Of a stretch of 64,000 bases of DNA, positions 1-10,922 are shown in pieces. The translations under genes and the position numbers were made by a program. Each line of letters opens with the position of its first letter. Positions within the stretch are counted from its first letter, which is position 1. The stretch is from an uncultured bacterium (GTDB lineage: Bacteria; Patescibacteriota; Dojkabacteria; J137): positions 176,271 through 240,270 of the forward strand of contig OY969472.1 of assembly GCA_963700155.1 (NCBI GenBank). Direction: 5' to 3'. Below the pieces are notes generated by a model. It worked only from the letters and a program-made list of their open reading frames with translations, ran no database searches and was not told the origin of the DNA.

Positions 1-1808
1 TTTCTAACTCTTTTTTCTAAAACAAATTTATAAATAAATACTAACAGTACTATAAAAAGTGCTATAAAAATAAGGTTTCGCAATAAATTTATTATATCAA
101 TTTTAAAAAATACATTTTTACTTGTACTCAAACTCGAGGAATCAATTTTATTCTCATCTACTCCAACCTTAATTTCTAAATCTTTAAATCCGTTATAAAG
201 ACTATCTGATTCTAAAAGATTCGAAAATGTAAAAATTGTAGCTTTGCCTGGTATTAAAGCTGGGTAAAAATTATCAGTTTTTAGTGCTGATAAATAATCA
301 TGACCATCAACTCCTATAGAGTTTAATTCTAAAAAATAATTTGATTTATTTTCTATACCCAAATCTGCTGAATAATAATCACCTGAATAAAGATCTCCAT
401 CTTGAGGTTTGAAATCAATATTAATTACTTTATTACTTTCCTCAATATTACTTCCATCTGAAATATTTACTGATACAGGATCTGAATCTACAGAGATCAA
501 TCCTAAGATATTATTGTAATCCATTCCTGGATGCCATCTCCCAAAAATTATTCTATCCATAGGTTCTTTAAAGTTATAATCAATGTTGAATACATCCTCT
601 AAAAAAGGATCAATAAAATATGAGCTATTACCATCATTTATTTCACACCATACATGAGGCTGCCGTTCATTCGATAATAATTCATTTGGAAGAAACATAT
701 ATCCATAAACAAGATTACCCTTATAACCTAGATACTCCGAAGCTGAAATAGCTAAATAACAATATTCTATTGAACTAAGTTTTGCAGACCCACCAAGTTT
801 GCTCCAGATATCACTAATCGATTTTATATCCAGTCTTTCGCTACTATAAGGTGTAAGATTTTCAACTAAATAATTATCAATCTCATTTAAATTTGTTTTA
901 AAGTCATTTTCTTTAGATATTTTTTTCAGAAGATTTTTAACAAAAAGACTGTCTGTATTCAAAGTCCAGTTATATTTTGGAATATTGAATTGCTGATTTG
1001 AATTATCTTGTATTAATGAAATATTAGAATCTAAATATACTTTGAAAGTATCACTTGGAGAAACATTTTTAACCGCAAAATTATCATTATACTCATCGTA
1101 AACACCTCCATCAACATTAGGAAAACTTCTATAATAGGTTGATTGATTTAAGTTAGATGGCAAATTAATTAAATATGCCTTATCACTATCCGAAACATTA
1201 TTAATTGAATAATTCAACTTTAAATCTAAACTAGCCTCTTCACCCCAAATAATTAATAGTGATTTAGATGTTTCAGCTGAAATTATTCCTGTATCATTTT
1301 GTGAAATATTTCTACTCGAAATAAAAGAGGTTTTAGGAAATTTTATAGGATACGTAATTGTATAATTTAAATTATCCAATTTAAAATTACTCTGAATTGC
1401 TGGCATATATAAATATTTCAAACCATACATATCTTTAACTAGTTTAGGAGCATCAAATTGAAGATTTAGAATCGTATCTTTGCTCAAATCTACTGTTAAA
1501 TTTTCAGTTTCAATTTTAATTATAGTTTGCCCATCAACACTTGTACTTGAGGAATCAATTTCTGAATCGTTAAGTTTTGCCGAAATACTATTCAAGTTTA
1601 TTTTGAATGGAACTGTAAACTGAAATCCAGTAAGAAAATTAACATTACTATTGTCTTTAAGATTAAATAAAAGATCAATTTTAGTATTCAGGTTATCTTC
1701 AATTTGAAGCTTTACAGAATTTAAATTTGAATCAGCATTTACTTTTAAAGTAAATACACTAATAAACGCGATTGAAATTATTAAAATACTTATTAACTTT
1801 TTAAACAT
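1..1808 (-). CDS. Secreted transglutaminase-like (Cys-His-Asp core) protein with a C-terminal TM anchor. Partial: the 3' end and stop codon lie beyond the window start.
   Basis: Absent from the ORF track because the stop is outside the window. By hand, the ATG (minus) is at 1806-1808 and gives MFKKLISILIISIAFISVFTLKVNA, a signal peptide. Frame continuity to position 1 is inferred from the absence of any other ORF here in the track and consistent spot translation. Around 600-700 it translates to NELLSNERQPHVWCEINDGNSSYFIDPF, preceded by EYCYLAISASEYLGY, which is the transglutaminase-like catalytic Cys, His and Asp spacing. Positions 3-95 encode LIFIALFIVLLVFIYKFVLEKRVR, a hydrophobic anchor. 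Confidence 0.6.
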   Translation of the reverse strand, partial: MFKKLISILIISIAFISVFTLKVNADSNLNSVKLQIEDNLNTKIDLLFNLKDNSNVNFLTGFQFTVPFKINLNSISAKLNDSEIDSSSTSVDGQTIIKIETENLTVDLSKDTILNLQFDAPKLVKDMYGLKYLYMPAIQSNFKLDNLNYTITYPIKFPKTSFISSRNISQNDTGIISAETSKSLLIIWGEEASLDLKLNYSINNVSDSDKAYLINLPSNLNQSTYYRSFPNVDGGVYDEYNDNFAVKNVSPSDTFKVYLDSNISLIQDNSNQQFNIPKYNWTLNTDSLFVKNLLKKISKENDFKTNLNEIDNYLVENLTPYSSERLDIKSISDIWSKLGGSAKLSSIEYCYLAISASEYLGYKGNLVYGYMFLPNELLSNERQPHVWCEINDGNSSYFIDPFLEDVFNIDYNFKEPMDRIIFGRWHPGMDYNNILGLISVDSDPVSVNISDGSNIEESNKVINIDFKPQDGDLYSGDYYSADLGIENKSNYFLELNSIGVDGHDYLSALKTDNFYPALIPGKATIFTFSNLLESDSLYNGFKDLEIKVGVDENKIDSSSLSTSKNVFFKIDIINLLRNLIFIALFIVLLVFIYKFVLEKRVR

Positions 1809-1900
1809 GAACTCATTGTTAATAAAAGATACTGACTGAGCACCAATACATAATACACTAAAATTAAGCTATAATTCATTATCTAATAATAAAAATAGTT

Positions 1901-2710
1901 ATGTTCAACAAACATCAATTTAAAAAGAGCTTCGGCCAGAATTTTTTAAGGAATGGAAAGTTTACAAATAAGCTGGCCGAAGCTCTTCAAATACAACCCG
2001 ATCAATCTGTGATTGAAATAGGTCCAGGAGAAGGAGTATTAACAAACTCGCTTTTAAAAGTGAAAGCTAAAGTTATCGCAGTTGAGATCGATTATTCTTT
2101 AATACCTAATTTAATAAAAAGATTTGGTGAAAATAAGAATTTCGAAATAATAAATGAAGATATTTTACACATTGATTTTACCGAAGCACTAGATAAATTT
2201 AATGCTACATCAGAAGTAAAAGCAGCAGGTTCGCTTCCATATAATATTTCAAAGAAGATTATAAAAAAATTTGAAGACTTTAACTTAGAACAAGATAAAT
2301 ACTTTGTCTCCCAAATGGCGTTTATTGTTCAAGATGAAGTTGCGAAAGAATATGCTTCTAAAGCACCAAAAGCAAGTTTATTGAGTAACTATATTAATTT
2401 ATATGCAGATGTTAAAAAATTAGAATCAATCCCTGCTTCTCAGTTTTTTCCACAACCAAGAGTTAACGGTGCTATATTATTAATTACACCTAAAAAAGAG
2501 GTAATTGAAAATGCTGGAGAAATTTATAAGTTTATGAGACTAGGGTTTTCCGCTCCGCGGAAAACCCTTCTAAAAAACTTAAAGAACTCAAATAAATGGG
2601 ATAAAGAGTTTCTTATCAAAACTTTTTCTGAACTAGAAATTAAAGAGAATGCTCGTGCTGCTGAAATTGAGAATGAAAAGTGGGTAGAATTATATGAAAA
2701 ATTAAATTGA
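1901..2710 (+). CDS. ksgA: 16S rRNA (adenine1518/1519-N6)-dimethyltransferase KsgA/RsmA
   Basis: N-terminal KKSFGQNFL motif and the SAM-binding VIEIGPGEGVLT motif. Length of 269 aa is typical. Confidence 0.9.
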   Translation: MFNKHQFKKSFGQNFLRNGKFTNKLAEALQIQPDQSVIEIGPGEGVLTNSLLKVKAKVIAVEIDYSLIPNLIKRFGENKNFEIINEDILHIDFTEALDKFNATSEVKAAGSLPYNISKKIIKKFEDFNLEQDKYFVSQMAFIVQDEVAKEYASKAPKASLLSNYINLYADVKKLESIPASQFFPQPRVNGAILLITPKKEVIENAGEIYKFMRLGFSAPRKTLLKNLKNSNKWDKEFLIKTFSELEIKENARAAEIENEKWVELYEKLN

Positions 2711-2721
2711 TTATATATAAA

Positions 2722-4488
2722 TTACTTTATTCTTAATCCACCTAACCTAAAAATCGGATTTAGATATCGCCTCATAATTCTTAACTCTTCAACTTTAAAT
2801 AAGAAACAAAGTAGATAATACACTAAGAAGCTTGTTATCACAGTTAAAGATGTTAAAAGAATCAAGTTCAAAGTAGTCGATCCAAAATATCCTTGTCCTG
2901 CAGAAGTAGGAAGAGCATAAGCAAATGTAGTCCAGATCTTATACATTACATACATTAAAATAAACATTATTCCACCGGCTGCAAATTTCAAACCAGTTGT
3001 TCTGGCAAGAGTTTTAAAATTCAACTTCAATTTCTTGTAATTAAAAATTATTAAAAGTGCAAAAAATTCTAATGAATACGCAACACTCATTCCTAAAGAA
3101 ATACCCCCAACTGCAGCCGGTCCATTGCCTCTAGTAAACAAATTATTAAGATTAATCTGTGTTAATGAGATGGCATAGTCAGCATTATGGCTGAATAAAT
3201 TAGTAAACATTATTGAAAGGAATACTGTTATAACAAGACTTGCTGCAGAAACTAAAAATGGTACAAAAGTATCTTTTGCTGCATAAAAAACTCTATACAT
3301 AAACCATCTTCCACAAACAAATACGTGACCAACAGCAAACCATAATAAAACCCAAGCAGTTTGATATGTAGCATCAAGAGTAAAGTTTGTATTAGGTAAA
3401 ATTCCGAAGACCAACCTTACAATCGGAACTCTTAATACTATTAAAGTAATTATAAACGGTAAAGCTAAGAACAAAATTTCATTTAATGTTTTAATTATTA
3501 CTGTTTGTGCCTTTTCTAAATTATTGTCTTCAAATAACTCTGATAAAATTGTGAACGATGCATATGAAAACGAGGCGGCGAAAAGCGTAGGAATCACTAA
3601 CGATAGTGAGTTTGCATAGTTCAGGGCAGAAATGCTATTTGCGCTAATTGCAAAAGCTAAAAAATCATCAATAGTTAAAGCTATATTCTCCGAAGCTAAA
3701 GCTAGTGTTCTAGGTAAACTAGATACAAGTATTTTCTTGAGATATCCATTCCATTCAAATTCAATTTTGTAATTAAGTCCAAGAGATTTAAATAATGGAA
3801 TTTGTATCAACAAATGTAATATAGAACCCATAAAGACTCCAATTACAATTGCCCATGGGCTGTAATTTAGGAGTGGAACTAAGATCAACAACCCAACAAT
3901 TCTTCCAATATTAAATAATAGTGGGGCAAGTTGAGGAACTACATATCTGTTATAAATGTTAAGTCCACTTGATATTAAGACACTCAAACCTAAAACTACC
4001 TGAGGGATTAATAAAACCCGCATCATAGAAATAACTGTCTGTATCTCTGAAGGTGACAAATCAACTTGCCCCTGCCCAAGCAGTTTTAATAAAAATGGGA
4101 ATATTGAATCAGCAAATATTGCAAATATTAAAGATGCGAAGACAAATAATGCTAAGAGTCCACTTATTATTGAATTGTAGAGCTTATAAAAAGCCTCTTT
4201 ACCTTCTTTTTTTCGAATCTCAATTAATGTAGGAATAATTACCGAACTAATTGCTCCTCCAAGGAGTATATTTGTCAGCATGTCTGGAATAGAACTTGCT
4301 AACTGAAATTGATTCCAGCCTTGGTTTCGAGTTCCAAAGTAAGAAGCAGCAATAAGATTAAAAAAGAGTCCGGAGAACTTAGTTAACAGAGATGGAATCA
4401 TCAAGATGATTGCAGTCTCAAGAATTTCTGTTTGTTCCTTACTTAAAATATTCTTGATGCTGTTAATGCTTTTTTGTAAAGCTGTCAT
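2722..4488 (-). CDS. murJ: Lipid II flippase MurJ/MviN (MOP superfamily), about 14 TM segments
   Basis: Polytopic membrane protein. The N-terminal pattern YFG...F..A..IPDML..ILLGGAISS..IP matches the conserved MurJ N-terminus. Size fits. Confidence 0.65.
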   Translation of the reverse strand: MTALQKSINSIKNILSKEQTEILETAIILMIPSLLTKFSGLFFNLIAASYFGTRNQGWNQFQLASSIPDMLTNILLGGAISSVIIPTLIEIRKKEGKEAFYKLYNSIISGLLALFVFASLIFAIFADSIFPFLLKLLGQGQVDLSPSEIQTVISMMRVLLIPQVVLGLSVLISSGLNIYNRYVVPQLAPLLFNIGRIVGLLILVPLLNYSPWAIVIGVFMGSILHLLIQIPLFKSLGLNYKIEFEWNGYLKKILVSSLPRTLALASENIALTIDDFLAFAISANSISALNYANSLSLVIPTLFAASFSYASFTILSELFEDNNLEKAQTVIIKTLNEILFLALPFIITLIVLRVPIVRLVFGILPNTNFTLDATYQTAWVLLWFAVGHVFVCGRWFMYRVFYAAKDTFVPFLVSAASLVITVFLSIMFTNLFSHNADYAISLTQINLNNLFTRGNGPAAVGGISLGMSVAYSLEFFALLIIFNYKKLKLNFKTLARTTGLKFAAGGIMFILMYVMYKIWTTFAYALPTSAGQGYFGSTTLNLILLTSLTVITSFLVYYLLCFLFKVEELRIMRRYLNPIFRLGGLRIK

Positions 4489-4506
4489 ATTTTCTTTAAA
4501 CTAAGA

Positions 4507-5106
4507 TTACTTGATTAGCCATGATAACACTCCAATAAACAAACCTGTCACAGTTCCTAAAAATAGCTGAAATTCATTATGCTTATGCAGCTTTATTCTC
4601 GCCCACCAAACTAATGGTAGCAAAAATAACAAGATAATAAATATATTATTTCCTTTATCAATAAGATAAACTGCAGAAAATGAAAAAGCTGCTGCATGCA
4701 TACTTATCTTATCAATATACTTATTTATTAAGAACATCAAACAGAAAAATACAAAAATAAGTATACTCTGAAACTGCCAAAAACTTAAATTTAAATATGA
4801 AAATATTAAGACATTAAACAAAAAAGAATATATTGCTATAAAATAAACGGGATTTCTTGTATCTCTTTCTAAAGATACAAAGTGCCAAAAATGTTTTTTA
4901 TGATGTAATAGCTGCTTAATATAAACAATAAATGGAAGTGTATAACCAATAACAATAAACATTAACAGTGGTCCCGGATCAGAAAATATATATTCTGAAT
5001 CTCCAACAATAATTGCAAAAAATATTATTACAAAAGGATTTGAGATAAAAGAAATTACTTTAGCTACAAATAGTTCTGTGTTCTCAGAAATTTTTAGAAG
5101 ATCCAT
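4507..5106 (-). CDS. Hypothetical polytopic membrane protein
   Basis: ORF with about 6 predicted hydrophobic helices. No recognisable motif. Confidence 0.5.
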   Translation of the reverse strand: MDLLKISENTELFVAKVISFISNPFVIIFFAIIVGDSEYIFSDPGPLLMFIVIGYTLPFIVYIKQLLHHKKHFWHFVSLERDTRNPVYFIAIYSFLFNVLIFSYLNLSFWQFQSILIFVFFCLMFLINKYIDKISMHAAAFSFSAVYLIDKGNNIFIILLFLLPLVWWARIKLHKHNEFQLFLGTVTGLFIGVLSWLIK

Positions 5107-5428
5107 CTTTTTAGTTATTAGAAATTAAAAAGCACTTTAAAATTGAGTATTTTAAAGGCGGAATTGATGTAGTTATACTACAACAATTCCGCCGACTAGT
5201 CGATATCTTTAGAATTAGACATTCACAAATGAAGAAGCAGAAAGATGATTTAAATACAAAATATTACTTGAAAAGTTTATTGAGATATCACTCTAATGCT
5301 ATTAATTGTCCTGATATTAGGACCACAAGTAATAAACTAAGAGAAACTTGTCAGATCATCTTACTTGGTTATTTTGTATTTACAATCACTTTCTGCTTCT
5401 ATATAAAATGGATAGTAAATTTTTGCTT

Positions 5429-7681
5429 TTAATATCTTGGTCTTCTATCATTAAATCTTCGTCTATCATTTCTTTGCTCAATTTGCATTTGACCTATTAC
5501 AGGATGTTCGAGAATTTCTTTTATTTTTGGACTTTGTTCTATTCCTTTGATCGTGAAATTAACTCTCCCATCTTCAACTTTCATAACTTGAACATTTAGT
5601 TCTTGTCCTTCTTTAAACATCTTTGATAAATCATATTGTCCCTGTTTTTCAAAAATCTCAGAAACATGAAGTAACCCAGAAATACTTGAGCTTACGTTTA
5701 CGAATACACCATAAGGCATAATCTTATCAATCTCACCGACATAAACTTTTCCTACTTCTGCTTCACCTAGCATTTCTTCTATTGTAGTTTTTATAAAATC
5801 TAATTGAGTTTTATTACCGGCAGTAATCATTACTCTTCCATCTTCATCAACATTAATATCAGCAGGAGTATTACTTTTGCTGTATTCTTGAGATCTCATT
5901 ACTAGTTCTTTAATATTCTTTCCACCTGGTCCGATAAGCTCGCCGATTTTATCCTGTTTAATTTGTACAAAATCTACAACTGGAGCATTTGGAGCAAGTT
6001 CTTTCCTCGGCTCGCTTATTGCTTTATTCATCACCTCTAAAACTGTTTCTCTTCCGGTTTTTGCTAATCTAAAAGCTTCTTTTAATACTGTTAATTTAAC
6101 TCCCCTTAATTTATTTTCAAACTGCATCGCAGTTATTCCATTTTTTGTCCCAGTTACTTTGAAGTCCATATCACCATAAAAGTCTTCGATTCCTTCAATA
6201 TCTAAAAGTAATTTATATTTATCTTCATTCCCATCTTCTGTAACAAGTCCAACTCCTATTCCAGCAACTTGTTCTTTCATTGGAACTCCTGCAGCCATTA
6301 AAGCCATACTTGATGCGCAAGTAGCTGCCATTGAAGTTGATCCATTTGAAGTTAAAATTTCTGAAACAACTCTTATTGTGTAAGGGAATTCATCCTGACT
6401 TGGAACCATATTTTTTAAAGCATTTTCTCCAATTGCACCATGTCCAATCTCTCTTCTCCCAGGCATATAGTTATATCTTCCAGCTTCACCTGTTGCCATT
6501 GGTGGCATGTTGTAATGATGCATAAATCTTTTACTTGCTTCTCCTTCCATGTTATCTGTCAAGAGTTCTTTACTTTGAGAACCAATTGTAACAATTGATA
6601 ATGATTGGGTTAAACCTCTATTGAATAATGCAGATCCATGTACAGTTGGTAGTAAGTCAATCTCTGCAGATAAAGGTCTTATCTCTGTAAGAGTTCTTTT
6701 AGTTACTCTTTTTTCATCTTTTAAGATAGCTTCTCTTACTATTTTTTTTGCGACATATTCTACTGCTAAATCAATTTCAAATTCAGAATATTTTTCAGTT
6801 TCTTCTGGTACATTTACAGTAATAAAGATTTCTTTTTTAATTGCATTCAGGTTTTGAGCCCTATCGGTATCTTTATCTTTTTCAACAAATAAACCTTTTT
6901 TTATTGAGTCTTTATAGTCTTTTTTAACTAAATCAATCAACTCTTGTGGAGCAGGTACATCACTAAATTCTTCTTTTATTTCATCTGGATTTAATACTTC
7001 TTTGCCAGCACCTTTAACAAATTCTCTTTGAATTTTATTTAACTTTTCAATTGCTCCATTAGCTTCATCTAAAAGTTGGTCCATTAAATCATCTGAGATT
7101 TCTTTACCCCAACCTTCTAAATTTAATAATCTTCCATCTAAACCTGATGCTGAAAATTCAGCATTATAATCTTCTCTTACTTCTACTTCAGGATTTAAAA
7201 CAATCTTATTGTCTTTATCAATGCAAGCAACAACACTCGAACTAGGTCCATAATAAGGAGCATTACTTAACATCAACGATAGACTGGCTCCAAAAACAGC
7301 TAATGTCTCTGGATCATTAACCTCATCATAACTTAATATTGTTAAGACGACTAATGTTGGTTTCCTGAAACTTTTAGGAAAAAGTGATCGAATCGAGTGA
7401 TCAACTTGTCTCGCTTTTATTATTGCGTCCTCAGATGGATGTCCTTCTCTCTTTGCAAATCTTGAGCCTGAGATTGCACCTCGAGCATACATCTTTTCAA
7501 TGTATTCAACTGATAATGGGAAAAAATCCTGTTCAGAATCTTTCTCATCAATTGTTGTTGTCGCTAAAACACTTGTTCCGCCAACTTGAAGTAATACCGA
7601 ACCTGCAGCCAATGTTGCTAACTTTCCTGTTGATAGCTTAATTTCTTTCCCTAGGAAATCATATGTTTTTGTATATTCCAT
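5429..7681 (-). CDS. pnp: Polynucleotide phosphorylase (PNPase)
   Basis: Two RNase PH-like domains, a KH domain (IGELIGPGGKNIKEL) and a C-terminal S1 domain (GKVYVGEIDKIMPYGVFVNV). The track ORF starts at 7753, but the conserved N-terminus MEYTKTYDFLGKEIKL begins at an ATG at 7679-7681, so the upstream 24 codons are probably not translated. Confidence 0.9.
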   Translation of the reverse strand: MEYTKTYDFLGKEIKLSTGKLATLAAGSVLLQVGGTSVLATTTIDEKDSEQDFFPLSVEYIEKMYARGAISGSRFAKREGHPSEDAIIKARQVDHSIRSLFPKSFRKPTLVVLTILSYDEVNDPETLAVFGASLSLMLSNAPYYGPSSSVVACIDKDNKIVLNPEVEVREDYNAEFSASGLDGRLLNLEGWGKEISDDLMDQLLDEANGAIEKLNKIQREFVKGAGKEVLNPDEIKEEFSDVPAPQELIDLVKKDYKDSIKKGLFVEKDKDTDRAQNLNAIKKEIFITVNVPEETEKYSEFEIDLAVEYVAKKIVREAILKDEKRVTKRTLTEIRPLSAEIDLLPTVHGSALFNRGLTQSLSIVTIGSQSKELLTDNMEGEASKRFMHHYNMPPMATGEAGRYNYMPGRREIGHGAIGENALKNMVPSQDEFPYTIRVVSEILTSNGSTSMAATCASSMALMAAGVPMKEQVAGIGVGLVTEDGNEDKYKLLLDIEGIEDFYGDMDFKVTGTKNGITAMQFENKLRGVKLTVLKEAFRLAKTGRETVLEVMNKAISEPRKELAPNAPVVDFVQIKQDKIGELIGPGGKNIKELVMRSQEYSKSNTPADINVDEDGRVMITAGNKTQLDFIKTTIEEMLGEAEVGKVYVGEIDKIMPYGVFVNVSSSISGLLHVSEIFEKQGQYDLSKMFKEGQELNVQVMKVEDGRVNFTIKGIEQSPKIKEILEHPVIGQMQIEQRNDRRRFNDRRPRY

Positions 7682-7882
7682 AATATACGAATAAAAAATA
7701 AATACATAAAATCTAAGGGGAATATAAAAAGAAGAAATTTTTCGTGTATGCAATATACGATGTGCTATATTCTACTGAACTTATAGCATATGGCATATAG
7801 TACATTGCATATTGACGCTGCTTCTTAACCCTTAATAATTTACTGAAGAATTATAAATTATAAATGAACCCTTTGGCAAATA

Positions 7883-9370
7883 TTAATAATGTGTTTTTCT
7901 ATATTTATAAACAGTAATACCCAGAACTATAAACAAAATTCCGATTAATATATCTAATCTATCATTTATTATTGCTGTATTAGGTAAACTTCCCGATGCC
8001 GAAGTTAAACAACTCCCACCATTTGCAGCAGCACATCCAGTTGAACTAGATGAAGAACCAGTTGGACAAGATGTTCCACTTGCAGTAAATGGAGAGCACG
8101 CATCGCCATCTGCTATAGAATCAGAGCAAGCATAACATGTAATATTATTTGTACTTTCTGTTGGGCAACTTCCACCTGCTGCTGTTGCGCAAGCATCTGA
8201 AGTAGTTGTTGATCCTGCTGGACATGATGAACCACTAACTACAAAAGACTCACAAGTATTTGAATCTGTTAATGCTGATGTGCATCTATAACAAGTAGTT
8301 GTAATAGCAGGTTCTACAATAATAGCTTGGCAAGCTTGCTGTATTTGCGAAAGTATAGGATTACTACCATTGATTGTTGCATAATTATTCCCCTGATCTC
8401 TTGAGACACACTTCGGAGCCAACCAACCTGTGGGATTTCCGTTATATATTGTACTAGGTAAACAATAAGTTGTTGAACTTAAGCTTCCACCAGAAGTACT
8501 ACAACTTGATCCAACAACATAAACACAAGATGAACCCGTTTGACATAATCCTAAAGATGCACTACATGGATTACCGCAAGCATTTAATGAAGAACAGTCA
8601 CAATTTGCACCGGGGAGACTTTTCCCGGCTGGACAAGCGGCATTTTCACAAATGCCGCTTCTACAAACTGCTGTTCCTCCATTAGCTGGAGCTGCACAAT
8701 CTGAATCTGATGTACATGAACCACCACATTGAACTATGGTCCCTGAAACTAGACCGCCTCCATTTGAAGATCCGCCCCCAGTGTTACCTCCAGTCCCAGT
8801 ATCATTTCCTGTTCCTGTATCTGAGCCATTTCCACCCCCGCCAGATGTTGAGGTTGCTGCACAGCAAACCCCACCGCCGGTACAAATACCAGATTTACTA
8901 GTTGTACCAGTTGGACAAATAGTTAAACTGCTGTAACAAGTTCCACCTGCAAAGGCACATGTTGGACCAGTTCCACCACAACTTGCACCATTATCTATAT
9001 TACCTGGATTAATACAACTAGTTGGGCAAATACATCCATCAACATCTGTACAACTATTATTACAATTATTTATTAGAGTTTTTTTATCATCACTCCCTGA
9101 TGTACTATTCTTTATACAGGCACATTCAAGCAAGCCATCAGATCCTTCACTACCAATAGATTGACATGTACCTGGTGCACTTGATATTGTACAAGAAGAA
9201 CCAATATCCCCTCCAACACATCCCGATCCTGAACCTTGAGTACTACATTTGCCTGAAGTTATTGTTCCACCAATATTCGTTAAGTCTGTACCATTTAATT
9301 TAGAAATTATAAAGAAAGCTACACCTGCAAATAATGCTATAACTATGAGAATTATAATTGTACGTCTCAC
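7883..9370 (-). CDS. Cys/Gly/Ser/Thr-rich cell-surface protein with an N-terminal signal anchor and a C-terminal TM helix
   Basis: N-terminal hydrophobic IIILIVIALFAGVAFFII. C-terminal ILIGILFIVLGITVYKYRKTHY. About 12% Cys in CxxC/CxC-like arrays. Locally GC-rich relative to the flanks. Confidence 0.6.
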   Translation of the reverse strand: MRRTIIILIVIALFAGVAFFIISKLNGTDLTNIGGTITSGKCSTQGSGSGCVGGDIGSSCTISSAPGTCQSIGSEGSDGLLECACIKNSTSGSDDKKTLINNCNNSCTDVDGCICPTSCINPGNIDNGASCGGTGPTCAFAGGTCYSSLTICPTGTTSKSGICTGGGVCCAATSTSGGGGNGSDTGTGNDTGTGGNTGGGSSNGGGLVSGTIVQCGGSCTSDSDCAAPANGGTAVCRSGICENAACPAGKSLPGANCDCSSLNACGNPCSASLGLCQTGSSCVYVVGSSCSTSGGSLSSTTYCLPSTIYNGNPTGWLAPKCVSRDQGNNYATINGSNPILSQIQQACQAIIVEPAITTTCYRCTSALTDSNTCESFVVSGSSCPAGSTTTSDACATAAGGSCPTESTNNITCYACSDSIADGDACSPFTASGTSCPTGSSSSSTGCAAANGGSCLTSASGSLPNTAIINDRLDILIGILFIVLGITVYKYRKTHY

Positions 9371-9437
9371 TTATAAAGTTTAAAAATCTTATCTTTATCA
9401 AGATATCATTTTTAGGAAACAAGAGCAAAATTGAAGT

Positions 9438-10913
9438 TTATTTGTTTTTCTCTAAATATTCTTTTGTGAATCTTAAAAGATCTAACTTTTTATTATAAGC
9501 TGGATCTTCTATTACTTTATCAAGAAGATACTTAAGTATATTTCCCATTTCTGGCCCTGGCTGAATTCCAAAATTATTTTGAATGTCTGTCCCTGTGATA
9601 TCTAAATCAGTAACTTTAAGAGCCATTTCTTTAGATCTTACTTCTGAAATACGGTCAGAAAGCGCATCCAGCTCCTTTGGATCAAATTCTGATTTCGGAT
9701 TTGAAGCTGCATCTGCAATTCTTAGTTTCATTAAATCATCGATTGCTTCTTCACCACCTACATTTTGGATCAATCTTCTTATTGCAGCATCTGACCATCC
9801 AAATTGCGATCTGCTGGATGCGCTCACAGAAGCTGAATCATCTGAGAACTGTTTTCTCCAGTCTGCTGAAGGATAATAAAACATATGCCACCTTACTAAT
9901 CTTACAGTCCTTTCAATTTCAGCATTGGAGAATTTCAATCTCTTCATAATTTCTTTAGTCATTTCTGCACCTTTTACATCATGTCCATAAAAATGAATTC
10001 CTTTCTCATCTTCAGTTCTTGTACTAGGTTTTGCAATATCATGAAAAAGAGCAGCAAGTTTCACTGAATCTTCAGCAAAATCTACTGTCTTTATTAAATG
10101 ATTAAAAACATCATCAGTATGAAATTGTGGTTGTACAATATCGATACCTTCTAAAAGTTCTGGTATAAACAATTGAAGTATCCCTGAATCTTTTAATAGA
10201 CCAAGACCTTTTGAAGGCTGAGGAGATTTTAATAAAAGTTTCATTAATTCTTCTCTGAATCGTTCTACTGAAACTTGTTTAGTAACATGCAAAGTTTCTT
10301 TTATAGCTTCAAAGGTTTTTGGCTTGATTTCAAAATCTAATTGCGAAGCTAATCTACAAGCTCTAACAGCTCTAAGACCATCTTCACTTAAACGTTCAAT
10401 AGGATCCCCAACAGCTTTGATAGTTTTATTTTTTAAATCAACTAAACCACTAAAAGGGTCTACAAGAACTTCTTGAACTGAAACATCACTTTCATCAAAA
10501 TGCTGGAGATCGAGGGCGATGGCATTAATTGTAAAATCTCTTCGTGACAGATCATCATCTATAGTTTTTGCAAATTCTACTTTAGAAGGCCATCGCCCTC
10601 CAACATAATCTGCTTCTGATCTATATGTTGTAACCTGAACATCAAATCTTTCTCCATTATCATCTTCAGTAATAACAGTTATGGTTCCAAATTTTGCACC
10701 AGTTGGGATTGATTTTTCGAAAATTTTTTCGATCTGCTCAGGATAAGCATTAGTAGCAATATCAAAGTCATCAGGTTCTTTATTCATTAGAACATCTCTA
10801 ATAGATCCACCTACAAGATAAGCTTCAAAATTATTTTTCTGCAATGTTTCTGCAATGTTTAATACATACTGAGGAATTAGTTTCTTAAATTGTGAGATTG
10901 TTAAATCATTCAT
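9438..10913 (-). CDS. cca: CCA-adding tRNA nucleotidyltransferase / poly(A) polymerase family with HD domain
   Basis: Pol-beta NTase head (LVGGSIRDVLM...DFDIAT), then an HD motif (FHDIAKP). Confidence 0.8.
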   Translation of the reverse strand: MNDLTISQFKKLIPQYVLNIAETLQKNNFEAYLVGGSIRDVLMNKEPDDFDIATNAYPEQIEKIFEKSIPTGAKFGTITVITEDDNGERFDVQVTTYRSEADYVGGRWPSKVEFAKTIDDDLSRRDFTINAIALDLQHFDESDVSVQEVLVDPFSGLVDLKNKTIKAVGDPIERLSEDGLRAVRACRLASQLDFEIKPKTFEAIKETLHVTKQVSVERFREELMKLLLKSPQPSKGLGLLKDSGILQLFIPELLEGIDIVQPQFHTDDVFNHLIKTVDFAEDSVKLAALFHDIAKPSTRTEDEKGIHFYGHDVKGAEMTKEIMKRLKFSNAEIERTVRLVRWHMFYYPSADWRKQFSDDSASVSASSRSQFGWSDAAIRRLIQNVGGEEAIDDLMKLRIADAASNPKSEFDPKELDALSDRISEVRSKEMALKVTDLDITGTDIQNNFGIQPGPEMGNILKYLLDKVIEDPAYNKKLDLLRFTKEYLEKNK

Positions 10914-10922
10914 TTCAGTAAT

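Noticed and set aside
7682-7753. 24-codon N-terminal extension of pnp in the track
   Set aside because: The conserved PNPase N-terminus begins at the internal Met MEYTKTYDF. The extension is hydrophobic junk upstream of the real start.
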